This document shows positions 13,837-27,189 of a stretch of DNA of 64,000 bases, piece after piece (position 1 is the first letter of the stretch; each line of letters opens with the position of its first letter). The stretch is from Trichinella spiralis (Eukaryota): contig NW_003526943.1 in NCBI RefSeq assembly GCF_000181795.1, positions 1,917,647 through 1,981,646 on the forward strand, written 5' to 3'. The notes under the pieces are model-generated. The model was not told where the DNA came from and made no database searches. It saw nothing but the letters and a program-made list of their open reading frames with translations. Position numbers and translations under genes: made by a program.

Positions 13837-15731
13837 TGTAAGATCCTTGTCAGTTTATATGCATGATTTTTACTAAGTAAAGCAAGCAAATACCAACACG
13901 CACTTAATCGATAACACACGAGGAGACTACTGATTCGCACCATAAGTCTTTACATATTCGGGCATTACCGTTTCCTTTGTCTAAGCAGCCAGTTGGTGTC
14001 GCCTACATTATTGGCGTTGCTGCTGGGTCCACCGGTTTCAAAATTCCTTCTTTCATTAGTTGCTGAATTTCAGTTTCTTTTGACTTTTTTAATGAAAATG
14101 CTTTTCTTTTAGCATCGAGTGCTATCGATTCTACTCCTGGTTTTAAATATAATTTTGTTTAAAAGTATTTCTGATTATTTCTACTTTTCCATCGAATAAA
14201 TCCACGAGCTCATTCATCGACTTTTCTTGGTCATTGTCAATCACTGATTCTGTCTCTTTTATATTTTTTCTTAAAAATTCTTTATTCTAATTTTATTCAG
14301 AGATGATATATTAAAAGCAATTGCCCATTTTAATCCAAATAAAGCCACATTTTATGTTTTACTGACAACCGCAGGCACAGCTTTTGTATTGTTTCTCATT
14401 TGTATTCTCATTGTTAGTGTAGAATTTAACATTTGCTTTGCCCAGTGTTTCTAAAGGTGTATGGTCATATACCACGATTCCTTTCACCGGAGTCAATTTT
14501 CGATGTCCCAGTTTTTCCACTGCTTTTTATTTATTACTGATATAGATACCTCAGCATTATATTCTACTTATCAACACATCTATTAGAGCCTGAGGTGTTT
14601 CAGTATTTATGTTTTTCACTAATGCCAGAATATTGTTTTCTTCTGATTCTGACTCTAATTCATCTTTCTTTTGACAACTGTTCACATATTTCACCGTTTT
14701 ATGTTTCTCTGCAGTAGCTGCCAGCTTTTTTGTTTGACACATTTTTGCAAAATGCCCAGATTTTCCACAATAAAAACATTTAATAAATTGAGTTTTGCAG
14801 TCTCAATTTTATGCCATTTGTTAGCACATTGTAGGCATGTTTTTTCTTTACTGTAATTTTTGTTGATTGAGCATTGTTTGTCTTTTTCAAATTTTTTTAA
14901 CATCTGTTGTTTTCTGTGTAGCCTAATTGCAACAGTTCCATGGCTAGTTGATTACATTTGAAGATCGAATTTGTTTTTCACATTCTAATCAATTTGTCTA
15001 TCATTGTCGAATTTCAATTCCTGTTTTTTATGATTAAGCCTAATGACGAAGGCGTCTCCTAATCTTTCATCAGTCTTTACCAAAGTTGCACTTTTCATCA
15101 CCTTTCTTCAAACGGCTAACGTAGTTCGTAATGGACTCACTATATTGATGGATAATTTCACCAACTTCCATTCTTGCAATAATAATGTTCACTTTTCGTG
15201 GATACAACACTTTGAAAATCTATTTGATTTATTCATAAACGCACTCATGTTTGTCCATCGAGAATACATGTCTTCGCACGGCTTTGAAGTGCTTAGCTGT
15301 GACGTAAGCGAAGTAAAAGCTCAAGTTGTGCCATGTTCAATTCATTATCTTCATTTTCTAGGCCTTTTACATAGCACACGTGCTTAAAGTAACATCTTTC
15401 TGAGTTTGATAGTCAAAATACAGTGGTTAACAGGAAAATCTCTCCATACGGATTGCTATTGTGTCTTTTTCACGTGTCATTTTGAAAATTTGCCACAAGT
15501 GATTGAAAATTCAGTTCTACCGCGATAGTTACTGAATATTCTTCACCAAATATGCAAGATCATTGTCAGTTTATTTTATGATCTTTACTATGTAAAACAA
15601 ATAGACACCAACACACGCTCAATGGATAACACACACGCATGCACTCAAACAAACTTACAGTACATCTCAATGAGATGCTAATGTGCAGTTCTGATTTATC
15701 TCAAATAATATGTGTTTCATGTGCTGCAACA
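13837..15731 (-). mobile_element. Decayed, internally deleted Ty3/Gypsy LTR retrotransposon
   Basis: Direct repeat 13837-13920 vs 15553-15637 (tg[t/c]aagatc.ttgtcagttta...gataacacacg) is read as a partial 3' LTR and the 5' LTR (15553-15731). PBS-like tggtgaagaa is adjacent. Broken gag-like DERLGDAFVIRLN and RT-start-like KLYLKPG...EIQQLMKEGILKPVDP...ATP...KGNGNARIC are on the minus strand. Confidence 0.75.
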
Positions 15732-15818
15732 TGCAGCTTTAATGATTATTTTTTCCGCAAATTTGAATTGATATTTAGCAAAATACATATGAATTTGAAT
15801 TTCAGCGGCATTTTGTCC

Positions 15819-16730
15819 ATGGATAAATTTTTAATGAGAGAAAATGAAAGTGAAGATGATGCAACTTTTCTTGTAAATTCCATCTCGCAAATCAGTGCAG
15901 ATGCTTTCTTTATAACTCAAAAGCTGCATTCGAATAATGACCACTTTGACGTTATATATTACAAACAGATTCTACCGAAAAAATTGGCAGATCGTTTGTT
16001 AATATATTGTGAAAAAAATATCAAATATTTTACTGGTAATTTGGCAAGAGTATTCCTGTTCAATCAGTGGCATCCAATTCCAAGGAAGCAAATGGCAATG
16101 GGCCATCCGAATTTGCACTATCGCTTTAGTGGGAATGTAATACCGGCAAAACCATGGGATGCAGTGGTTTTAGCGTTGCGCAATTTGGTTTCAGAAATAA
16201 CTAAATGTGATTTCAACTTTGTTCTCATTAACAGGTATGCCTTTTTCTTTTTTTCACGTTGGACATCTGAAGAATAACTTTTTTGTTTAAAGATAATCAT
16301 TATTTTATATATTACTTTAAATATATGTATAAATATTATTTAATTTTTTCTAATGCATTGTTAGCTTACTTCTAATTGTATAGAAATGATGAAATTTTTA
16401 TTTATTTTAAGATATAAAGATGGACATGATTATATTGGTGAACATCGAGATAATGAAAAGGAACTGGATCCATCCTCGCCTATTGCATCAGTAACAGTAG
16501 GCGAAAAGCGGGATTTCATTTTCAAACATTACAGAGTGAATCATCAGCCAGCTGCAGCTTCTGAAAAAGTGTGCATCGCTCTGGAACATGGAAGTATGCT
16601 TTTGATTTCTGCTGATACAAACCGACATTGGTCTCACAGTTTGCCGAAGCGAAGACACTGTCAAAATGTTCGAATTAATTTTACTTTTCGAAAAATGAAA
16701 TTACAACTAAATGAAGAAGATAAAGATTAA
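15819..16730 (+). CDS. ALKBH2: AlkB-family Fe/2OG dioxygenase, ALKBH2-like DNA alkylation repair (exons 15819-16234, 16412-16730)
   Basis: WHPIPRKQ, YRFSG, FNFVLINRYKDGHDYIGEHRDNE (HxD), LEHGSML, WSHSLPKR and RINFTFR; the iron and 2OG ligands are intact. Confidence 0.92.
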
Positions 16731-17027
16731 AAATGCTACTTATATAAAATGGAATATATTTTTTATTTCACGCCAGAAACAAATTTTAAATTTTGCATGA
16801 AAAATTTCACTTCATGAAATTTACCCAAAACCGTAAAATGACAAATCTAAACTACTAACATGTCAGTGATATTGCAACACAGTAGCAATGTTGGCTGATC
16901 ATCACATTCATTTTTACATTACTGACAAAAATACTCATTGCAAATAAAATAAAATTTCTGATGCTGCAAATGGTTAAAATTATAGCTGAAAATCTGCAGA
17001 AATCTTCAGTCAGATGGTTACTGTTTT

Positions 17028-18193
17028 TCAAATTAAAAGAAGTTTCAGCTTTCCGAAATCTCTAAAATTCAAATTCAAAATGAATCCCACTGTATATTAT
17101 TTAAAACTTTTTATTTTTACCTTGTATTAGCATTCAAAAACTTGTAGCATTCTAGTCTAAAAATGATGAATTTGCACTAATTTTTCACTTCACTTAGAAT
17201 GTATGCAAAATTACCTCTCATTGGTGGTGATGGATCTTCCCTTCCACGGATTCTAGCAGTTGCTCCGGCTTCATTATGATTGGCATAAAAATTATGCATT
17301 CGATTCTATTAAAAAAATTATCGTAATTATTATTCGCTTATCTTTGTTGGTCCCTGCCTTTTATGATTGGTCATTGGTTTCATCTATTTCATTGGCTATT
17401 TTTATTTATCTGTGATTGGTGGATAATTGTTTGATAAATGTTGGCGTAATATAACCATTAACAAGGAAATAAATTAATAAATAAAGCAAAAACAGTAAAA
17501 AAAGTGAAAATAGCCAATAAAGTAGCTGAAACCAACGACTAACCATAATGCAGTAGTGAAAATCAATAACGGGACCAAATATGTAAACCATCATGTTTTA
17601 ATACCTGATGTTGACGTCGTCTAACTGGTGATCTCCGACGTATATCAGCTAGCAACCTTCGGTTTACCTGATTAGCTACTAAAGTATACTTCATAATAAA
17701 AACAAAATAATTACATCATTGTTGTTATTTAAATATGATAATTAATAAAATAAAACAGATTAAGTTTTTTTAATTATATTAATTTCCTTGTAAACAATGT
17801 TTCTTACAACGTCCAATACGAACTGGAAACGACTCAGTTAATGTCTGCAATAAATTTAGTAAATTAATTGAAAAAGTGGAATCAAGAATAACTAGAAATT
17901 ATTACTAGAACATACGAAGGAGGCATTTCATTAGGATCCATATTTTCAATGTTTCTTACCACATACTGCCTCATCATGTTATGAATGATAAGCACTAAAC
18001 AACAACAAAAATGTTTTAGAAATTAAGCAGATGCAATATTGTTTTTACCCCTCTGAAGAAATAGACGACGGTTTGATGATCCTCTAAGCGGAGGGAGCAC
18101 CTCATTTGTGGAATAAATATCCAAGTGAAAAAGCACATTCCCACCTCTTATGCCGGTAAGTTCTATCCGGCGTTCAAATCGTGAATTTTCCAT
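17028..18193 (-). CDS. Candidate small multi-exon orphan gene, product unknown
   Basis: ATG at 18193 and a chain of GC-richer short blocks bounded by GT/AG that can be joined in frame: MENSRFERRIELTGIRGG...LFLQR / VLIIHNMMRQYVVRN...PPSYVL / TLTESFPVRIGR / LANQVNRRLLADIRRRSPVRRRQHQ / NRMHNFY...PSPPMR. Exon 2 needs a weaker donor and the last exons are ambiguous. Confidence 0.5.
17337..17590. mobile_element. Small foldback/MITE inside an intron of the candidate orphan gene
   Basis: Left arm ttggtccc...tcattggtttcatctatttcattggctatttt pairs with right arm aaaatagccaataaagtagctgaaaccaacga...gggaccaa. Confidence 0.65.
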
Positions 18194-21100
18194 TGCTATT
18201 ATAAAAGAAATTCTATTAAAAGTATTTGAATTTAACTTTATGAAATATCAAAACATACTTTTATCATTTATTTAATTAATTAATGCATACTTTAAAAAAT
18301 TCATTTCATATGTTTCTTATAAAAATAAATAAGCATCACAGAGTACAAGTGCATGTTTCTCATGCAATAAATTTAAAATTCAACAAATTGAACATATTGT
18401 AAATGTTGAGATTATTATCAATATTACGCTGACTTCGACTGCAAATGAGTCACGTGAGCTGCAAGACATGCAGCTAACGCAACATGAAAAGAAAACATTT
18501 TTACGTGCGTTCGCACCATACCAGGAAGTAGCCTTCACTGAAGCTTTACAACAAAATAAACACATTTTTTCAAACTGAATTTTTGTAAAAATTTTAACAA
18601 AATTGAACAGAATTATTTTTTAGCATCCATAAACAAAAATAAATTAATACATGTCTGTACTGTGAAAAATAAAACAGCTTCTGTTGCATAATGATAGCAC
18701 CTGATTTCTACCGATTATTATAAAAGGAAATATAAAGAAACATAACAATAAAAGTTATTTTTCGAATGATTATAATTAATAAAAAGCACATTTTAATGTT
18801 TGCTTTTATTATTAAGACATTATTTACTAATATTTATTTACTTGAACAGACTATTTATCTCATTTCAGAATTCTGTAAGATGCTGTTACATTTATAAATA
18901 TACAATTTAGATATGCAAACTGCTGTTGCTACTACAGATACAACTGTTGTTTTTCTGAAAACTGTAGAAAATTTTAATAAGAAATGATAATACACATGCA
19001 GTTTCTTGAAGAAAATAGAACAAATTGCTTAAAAAAGATAAATATCATATAAAAATCTCGATAAAGACAATCTGCAAAACCTTTTATTAACTTATTACGG
19101 TTGTTTACTCTGGCAAAAAGTAATTTAACATAGAATTTAGCATACAAACAGAATTACAGCCGTAATTATTAAATTTTATTACTTGCATCAGCAACGGATT
19201 CAAAAGAAAATGTGTATCAACCTTTTCTTGTTTACCTCAGTGTTGTAGCACGATGCTGCAAAACAAGACTTAAATGACAGTAAAGTTGGTGAACTGGTGA
19301 TCAGACGGTGATTGATTTTCAGGATTAATATAATTTGTTGATATGCAGGCTCTTATTCTTTTTGTATACTTTGACTTCAGCTGTCGATTAATTTATATAA
19401 CTGTACGTAAATTTACGTAATGAATTACATAACTGATATATTTTGATAGTTTGTTCACATGCAAACTAACTTTTTTTCTGTTTCAGAGATAATTGGACTG
19501 CTTTATAGTGCATAATTCTGCTTGAAAAAATTTTTTTAAGTATCCCTATTAAAATATTTTTATCTATTATTTACTTTAAAAGCAATATTTTGTATTTTAT
19601 TTTACGTCAATCAAAAGTATTTTTATTAATTTTTCGTATTTTAATATAATTTTTTATATTTCAATACATTTTTTTAATAAAAACAATACATTTCGGTGTT
19701 TAATTCATATTATTCATATGTGGTTCATATTATAAATTATCACAATCATATCTGTAAATTTCTTTTATAATAATAAATTTATTTTTTAAATTTAACTTTA
19801 AATATTTAAAATAAAAGCATTAACTTTTTACTATGATTCTCTTTGTAATTTTCAGAAAATGGTTTACTAATTAAATAAAGCCAAATGAACTTCAAGCAAC
19901 ATTTAATATGCATGAATGTTTGATATTTAAAAAAACATATTTTATGTTCAAGAATATTTTCTAATGCATTTTTTTACTTGCTTCCTAAAATCGAATAGAC
20001 AAATTATACTGTAATCGGTGCATCAATTTTCTTTTCTTTATACTTTTAAGTATACTTTTCATTTCTGTTTGCACAATTTGAAATTTGTAAATTGTCGCCT
20101 GTTGAATTTTAGTCTATGTATTTTAATTTTTTACGTAAGTGGTTTTTAATATTCTCTATGATTATTATTAAATGTTGTTGCTTTTGTTTATACAATCCTA
20201 AATTTTGTTGCTCACATAACATTCTATTGTTTTCAATTCGTATTTTTCTTATTAAATTTTGATGCAAAATTGATGCTCACAGACAAACTATTTTTTAGTT
20301 CTGGTACAGCTGACATTGTCAATTAAATGCGATTCAGATCTTTTATTTATTTGGAAAAATGCAACAGTCAATTCAGAATATCATATTATCATTTATGTAT
20401 AGAGGGTAACTTCTAAATAGATGCTTTGCCTCTTAAAGCTTTGAAGATACTGCTAAATGTCATTATTATTATTTACAATAAAAGGCAGTAATTAATGTAT
20501 TACTGTCTGAGCAGAAATGATAAATAAAACAAAGGAGGTGTGATTTCTTATGTAACATAAATACATTAGACAGAACTAATTATCAACAGTTTCATGAAGT
20601 TATTTGTAAGATGTATTAATATACCTTTCTTCTGTTTTGAAATTCATCAAAAGACTAAATTTGTCTAATCATCCTGGTAATTTATATGAAATAACCCCCC
20701 TCGACTTTTAGATCTTTAAATGCTCTCTTTTTTAATTAAGTGAGATAAAAATTTGCAAAATTTATTGTTTTTCTTTTACATCTTTATTATCTTTGTCATA
20801 TAAAATTCTTTTTTGACTCTTTAGGGAAAATTTTTCTATTTTCCACACAATTTCATTATAAAAAATAACCATTCAATGTGGTGGTGACTGTGAGGCTTTG
20901 TAATCTAGTTATCTTACATCAGAATTTAATTTTATAACCATTCATCAATAATAACGTAAAATATCTGTGTAATATTCAGCATTCAGTTATCATCAGAACC
21001 AAGACTTTTTGTACACTCCATCTGCATTAACAATAAAAGCCCAGTCGCTTCAGTTTCCTGAAAGTCACTGTTCATAATTTTTAGCTGTAGTTATGTAAAA

Positions 21101-22360
21101 CAAACGATGAAATAAAAATGCTCTTCTAAACTGTGATTTTAGTTATTAAAGAAACATTTTCATCTGTTCTGTTTGCTGTTATCTGTTTTTAATTATTTTG
21201 TTTGAATTTAGCTGCTTGATCGCAGTTTCTTTAAGTTTGACCTTGAAAAACTAGTAAGAAAGTTAATTTGATCAGAATTTAGCTAAGCTAGTTTTTTTTT
21301 ATGTGAACGCTAACAGATGCATGAATTTTATGGTGACGCACACTGGCAACAAGACGATGTTTTGATGATTCTGACTTTATTAATTTTGCTTTGATATATT
21401 CATTCATGCTTTTTTCTGTGATTCTATTTTTCTTCAGTCGCAGCTGCTAACTTTTGAAATTTATAGCTATTAGCGATCTCATTTACTATGAAAAAATATT
21501 TTGATTGTAATTTCATCGAACAGTAGGTGATGGACATGAAGATGAAAAGAATAGCAAGCTTTACTAATAAGAAGTTTTTTTGCCATAAATGGAAGTTAAT
21601 CAAACCTGGCTTTGCTGCAGGAAAGGAGGAATTTTTTAAGTTTATATTGCTTATTTGAATATGGCTGACCTTTCTGAAGCGTTTTTAGTCTGATAATTAA
21701 AATGACTGTGCTTCAGCAGTCAAAGAGAGTAGAGAGCATAAATTAAAATATGTCAGTGAAATGAAGAAACGCTTAAAATTTAATTTTGTATTATACATGT
21801 AACCGTTGTTGTTAATAATTAATCTTTTTTGTTCAGAGTTGTAGAAAGGTGAAGATAGAATTTGTAATAAATGTATACTGATTATCATTTTACTGTATAT
21901 AATATGCTATTGTCACATAATAAAAATAAAACCAATAAAAAATCATTTTAATATTTCATAAAATTTTAATTTACAATAGATATCTTGAAAAGTTATTTTC
22001 AGAATAATACCTTCTAAATATATTTAAATCTTAAAAAATAATATATTCCTAAACTTCATTTTAAATCTGAAAATATTAAAGTACTTTTTAAGTCAAATAA
22101 AATATTTAGACCAATACATGATCAATGGTTTAGACAATAGTTAGGCATTGCTAATTAAGCATTGGCCAATAAAATTTTGCGCCAATGAGAATGTGATCAG
22201 GAAACATTTTGGTCAAACTATTGAAGTAAAAAATCACAAAAAAAGTTGACTATAAAACAGTGGAAGTTTATCCATATTAAAAATGTAAATTTTTTTATGC
22301 TGCAAATGCTAACAATGGTCTTTGCAAATTGAAACAACTTTAGTAGAGTTATGGCTCTCT

Positions 22361-25300
22361 AGGGATAATTAACCCTGATTGCAGTGTTCTCTTATTGGTC
22401 TATACTTTTCATTGGTTTTGTTTGTTCATTAGTTCAAGATGGTTTCAGTGATTCGATCTTACGTTAATATTTTTTATTGACCTCTAAGCGATTAGATTTC
22501 ATTAGCTGATATTATATTAACAAATAACTTGTAATTGTGCATGGCTGCATTATTTTCATTTTTATTGGTCAAATATTTACATTACAATTTTTATAAAATT
22601 AAGCATATTTCTCAATAATTTAAATTTTCATTAATAATAATCTTCAAGTCTCCTGATTTATTTTAACAGTCATTACTTTACATTTTACATTTTCAATATT
22701 TGATTTGTTCTACGTTTTCAATTTTTTAATAAGTGTTTTCCAAGACAATTTCTGTTATTACTGTAATCTTACTGTAGTACATTAGAGCCGTACAGAATGT
22801 AATGCATGAAATAAGCCGAGACAGTGCAAAAAATTAGGAAATCAGTGCTTTTTTATCAGTATCAACAACTGAACAGTATATAATAATTTATTATCATCAA
22901 CTAAAACAAAACTGAGCAATTCCAGAATAGTAACAATAAATGAAACTTTTTTCTGATGATTTTAAATACTGAAATTGCAACATTGATTTTTCCATTATTT
23001 TTCATTCTCATTTCTTTATTTTCCAACATCTGCATTTGCACAAACAGTAGCGCCATTCATGAATAAATTAAATATGTTGGCTCCACACTGATGTCATTTT
23101 AGAGAAATTCTGAATTTTTCTGGCGTAATACCCTGAAGTGCTGCTAAAATTTAGTGAATTCAGCAATAGTTGAGAAAATACTGTTACATTAGCGCATATG
23201 GTTTCTGAAGCGCTTATGTAGGCGCTATGATTATTTACATGTCATTTTTTCTTAAAGCTTGTTACTTCTTTGATTTATTATAAAATTTTTTCATCCACAG
23301 ATTATTAAACTATCCTTGTAGTCTGAGTACTAAAATGAATTGCAAGAATAGAGCAATAATAATTAATAGTCTATTCTTGACTATTCTTATACATTTATTG
23401 TACAAGTTAAAGAAATACTGTTCTTTATTTAATACCACATACATTTATATGTGAAAATCAACTGACATGAGCAATAATATACAACATGCTTATGAAGATG
23501 AGTTTTTATGGTCAGCAGAATTCACTGATCATATGCATCATGTGACTTCTTTAATTAACAAAATTCAAATTATTCTGATGGCATTTCAAAAATTAGCGAA
23601 CAACCTTGATTTAAACAATAAAAACAAACAAAAAATGCAATTGAAAACTGTGGGAGCAGGATGACATTTGAAATAGCAAGCTACGGTTTCACGCAAAATA
23701 ATAACGGCAGCAGAAAATTTTTTTCAATTAATTTTTTACAAAATATTATAACCCTTATAAACATATATGCATGTATATACATTTCTTTTTTTATAATTTG
23801 TAAACAATAATTCAGTCAATCACTTATTACAAGATGCTTTACAGCAACATTTAAGATTTTTTTATGAATATTTTTTTTCTAAACTTAATAACAGTTTACT
23901 TTGTTTTTTCTGAAGATGACAGTATTAAGCAGATAAATTTTTTGTCTTCTAAGAGGTTAAGTACATTAAAATACTGTGCATAAGTTTTGATTATCTTTAT
24001 AGAAAAATGTACAACAGCTATGTATTATTTGGAAAGAAATATTTTAGCAGAAGACATTTTTAGCATTTAGTTTTTATGGCATGTAATTCATAAATGCACA
24101 AATGCTTATCTGGCAATAAACGAGGGAGCAGCAAGACTACAAGCGTTACTTTTGATTTCTAATATTTGACTTTTTGCTCATTGAATATTTTTCAGAGAGT
24201 GACAAACTACACTGGATGCATTAATTTATCATGTGCAACTGTTAAGCTAATGGCACAATTTTAGCGCAAATATGATGATAAACAGCCAAGTTGTCAAAAG
24301 TTGCAACTATTGAGCTAAAATTAGGAGTGGAAACACAATCAGCAGCTAGCAGCTTTTATCATGCAATATAAAAAAATTTATTTTGTATTCCATCGAAAAA
24401 GTTTAATTTGAAGCTGATAAGTGATAAATAGTATTTATTTCTTATTTTTCATAGAAAATTGTTATACCTGCAGAATAAACATGCTGATATCATAAATAGT
24501 AACACCACAATATTACTGAATGGAGCAAAAATGAAACTTCAGCAAACTTGTCAACAGCATTGTTGCAAGAAGAGCTGTGAATTTCAAGAAAGAAATTTCA
24601 TCTTTAGATACATTTCTTTGTGAATGTTTCAATTTAATTTACAGAATGATTTACTCTGATTTCAACTGTTAATATTCGATTTCATTTTTCTGATTGGCTG
24701 TTTGCTGATAAACTGTACGACGTTTGATCGGTAATTGTCGATTGACTTATGTTATTTTATTAATTAATTAATTTATGAAGAAGAACTACTGATCAAAACT
24801 AAAAAACTAATGAAATAGCATAAGTCTATTGCCAATTACTGATCAAACACTATACAAGCTATGAGCAAACAACGAATCACACAAAGGGGACAGTATGAGG
24901 AAAATTGAGCAGGTAAAATCAGAGTACCCTGAGTTTTCAGTAAATAATAATTAATATAATGGCAGTACCATAATAGGAAAGCATCATCACATCTTGGTTC
25001 AGTTTAAGTTTTTTCCTTGTATGTAATATATTTAATTTATTTGTTGCAGCAAATATTTCATTATAGACATGTTTTATTCTTTTAGTATTTGCATTCTTTT
25101 TGGATTTAGAATATCACTCAAATATAAAAAGAATTTGATTAGCACAATCAAGCTGCACTTTTGTGCTAAGTCAAATAAGCACAAGTAAAATAAAATCAAA
25201 AATCACTTTAAAATATTAAAGTTTACAGAAAAAACTGGTTTTAAAAAATTACAACAGAATATTTTCAAAGGTAAAAAGCTTTAGAATATATGATACAAAT

Positions 25301-25970
25301 AAATTAATAAAAATTAAAATTTATTGCATATTATATTTAATGCTTCTTAATAAAAGAAAGGTAAACATTGCAACCTCTCACAATCACAATTTATTAGCTA
25401 AAAAATATTTAGAAATTAATAGTTAATAGATCTCTACTCATTGAAGCAAATAAAAAATATTTACATTGGATAGAATCATAAAATCAGCTCAAATCAATAA
25501 ACAGATAAATCCAATGACAATCATAGACCAGTAGAAGACCAAAAGGGCTAATTATCTCTGCATATATCATCTTTAAGTATAATTAATGTATATACATATT
25601 TATACATTAAACAGTTGAAAATATTGAACAAATCAAATGTAAACAACGTATAAAGTGGTGCTATCGTAATGAATGATAAAATGTGATTACAGGGAATTGT
25701 AATATCAGTAAAAATTTCAAATTATTGAAGATTGCACTGAATACGAACAGTGCAATGAAAATGTTTTGACCAATGAAACGTGAAATATTGCAGCCATTCA
25801 CAATTAACAATTAGTAGCTAATGAAATATCATAAATTATTAACTAATGGGATTCCTATCTTGGGCGACCAATAGAAAGCATCCACATAAGATCGAATCAT
25901 ACTAAATCTACTTTGACCCAATGAACAAATGAGACTACTGAAAATCTGAGCAGTAAGATATCGTGGATCT
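22361..25970. mobile_element. Decayed long-TIR DNA-transposon remnants: one left arm (22361-22590) and two inverted arms (~25420-25560, ~25745-25970)
   Basis: Terminus agggataattaaccct matches the reverse complement of agggctaattatctct (25545-25560). tgattcgatctta and aattgtg.atggctgca...attggtcaaa match the reverse complement of 25750-25930. No transposase ORF recognised. Confidence 0.6.
24652..24926. mobile_element. Palindromic MITE (~275 bp)
   Basis: Termini tactctgattt / aaatcagagta. Internal arms tgtttgctgataaactgta...tttgatcggtaattg...gacttatgttattt vs aaatagcataagtc...caattactgatcaaac...tacaagctatgagcaaaca. Confidence 0.75.
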
Positions 25971-26086
25971 TTAATAAAATTGATTTTTTATAATTTCCAT
26001 GAATTTACTTTTAAAGTTGTCTAAAATATTTATAACAACAAATGGAATGCAATCAATGCCAAACAACCAAAGCCATGAAGAAACTC

Positions 26087-26438
26087 TGTTGGCGACAGAG
26101 ATCTGTAGCCAACGAGGCAGTGGACTGTAGGTTTTTCTTTGGCGGCAGGTCAAATCAATTGTGATAGCCTAACCGCAATACTACCCACGTTCGTTCACGA
26201 ACGTGTAACAAATAAGACAAACAAACAGCGGACACCGGTTTTATTCCACGAAAGTGAGAACTTATCAATGGACACAAATGAACAGAGACTAAACACCACA
26301 CAGACACCAACGACAATCACACAGCACAGTAAGGATCGCTGACAAAACCGCCGCTTCTTTTCACGCTTCCGCGTCACACGCCCACAGTAACCCCCTACTG
26401 TAATGATTGTCAAGTATTGATGTCTTCAGTTTCCAACA
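26087..26438 (-). mobile_element. Solo LTR (352 bp) with 5-bp target-site duplication AACTC
   Basis: Begins tgttgg and ends ccaaca. aactc flanks both ends (26082-26086, 26439-26443). GC-richer than surroundings, with AATAAA on the minus strand near 26240. Confidence 0.85.
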
Positions 26439-27189
26439 AACTCAATTAAACACTGTCGAGAAATAGGTAGAGATTGCACGTGTACTATCGTGAATATATT
26501 ACTTTGGATTTCATTTCTTTATCGGTTTCACTTTTCTGAAAAATTTTTGGGTCGTTCATCTGGATTTTACAGAAACTTTATTTTTTGCACGGCATACTAT
26601 TAAGTTGTGTCCAGATAATCAATAAAATTTACAAAATATAATTTCGTATGTTGTGGATAAGATAACTTTTGGAAGACAAATACCCAAAGAATAAAAATCG
26701 TAGCAGCAAGAATTCTACGACTGTATCCTACTGTATATACAAATTTAGAAGTGCAAGTAATTGTTGGCAATGTTGGTATCCAGTTGGACTCCGCGACACG
26801 TATCATCTTGGATTTTATATTATTATTATTATTTTATAATTATAATATTATATAAATGTAATGTGAAGGTGAACTTGACAATTAACTTTATAATTATCCT
26901 TGATTTTCTTTATTTGCACAGTAATTTCCACATAGCCTTAAGTATCGTAAATTTGATTTTTGTTACATTTATATGTTTATTTATATTGTTTTGCATTATT
27001 ATGTAGATATTGACTTTAAAATATTGTTTATAATTGTTTAAACTTCGTTTTGTTTCGGTTGTGTGAACCTATTTATAATTAAGAGTAGCAGAAACAGGTT
27101 TTGGGACTTAGAATGCATATTTGTTGCTGGATCATTTATTTGTTTAATTAACTTAAGTGTAAAAATTTTATTTTTTATTGTAGCGCATT

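Noticed and set aside
18600..22300. Possible gene in the long AT-rich stretch
   Set aside because: No consistent exon chain or recognisable protein found by eye.
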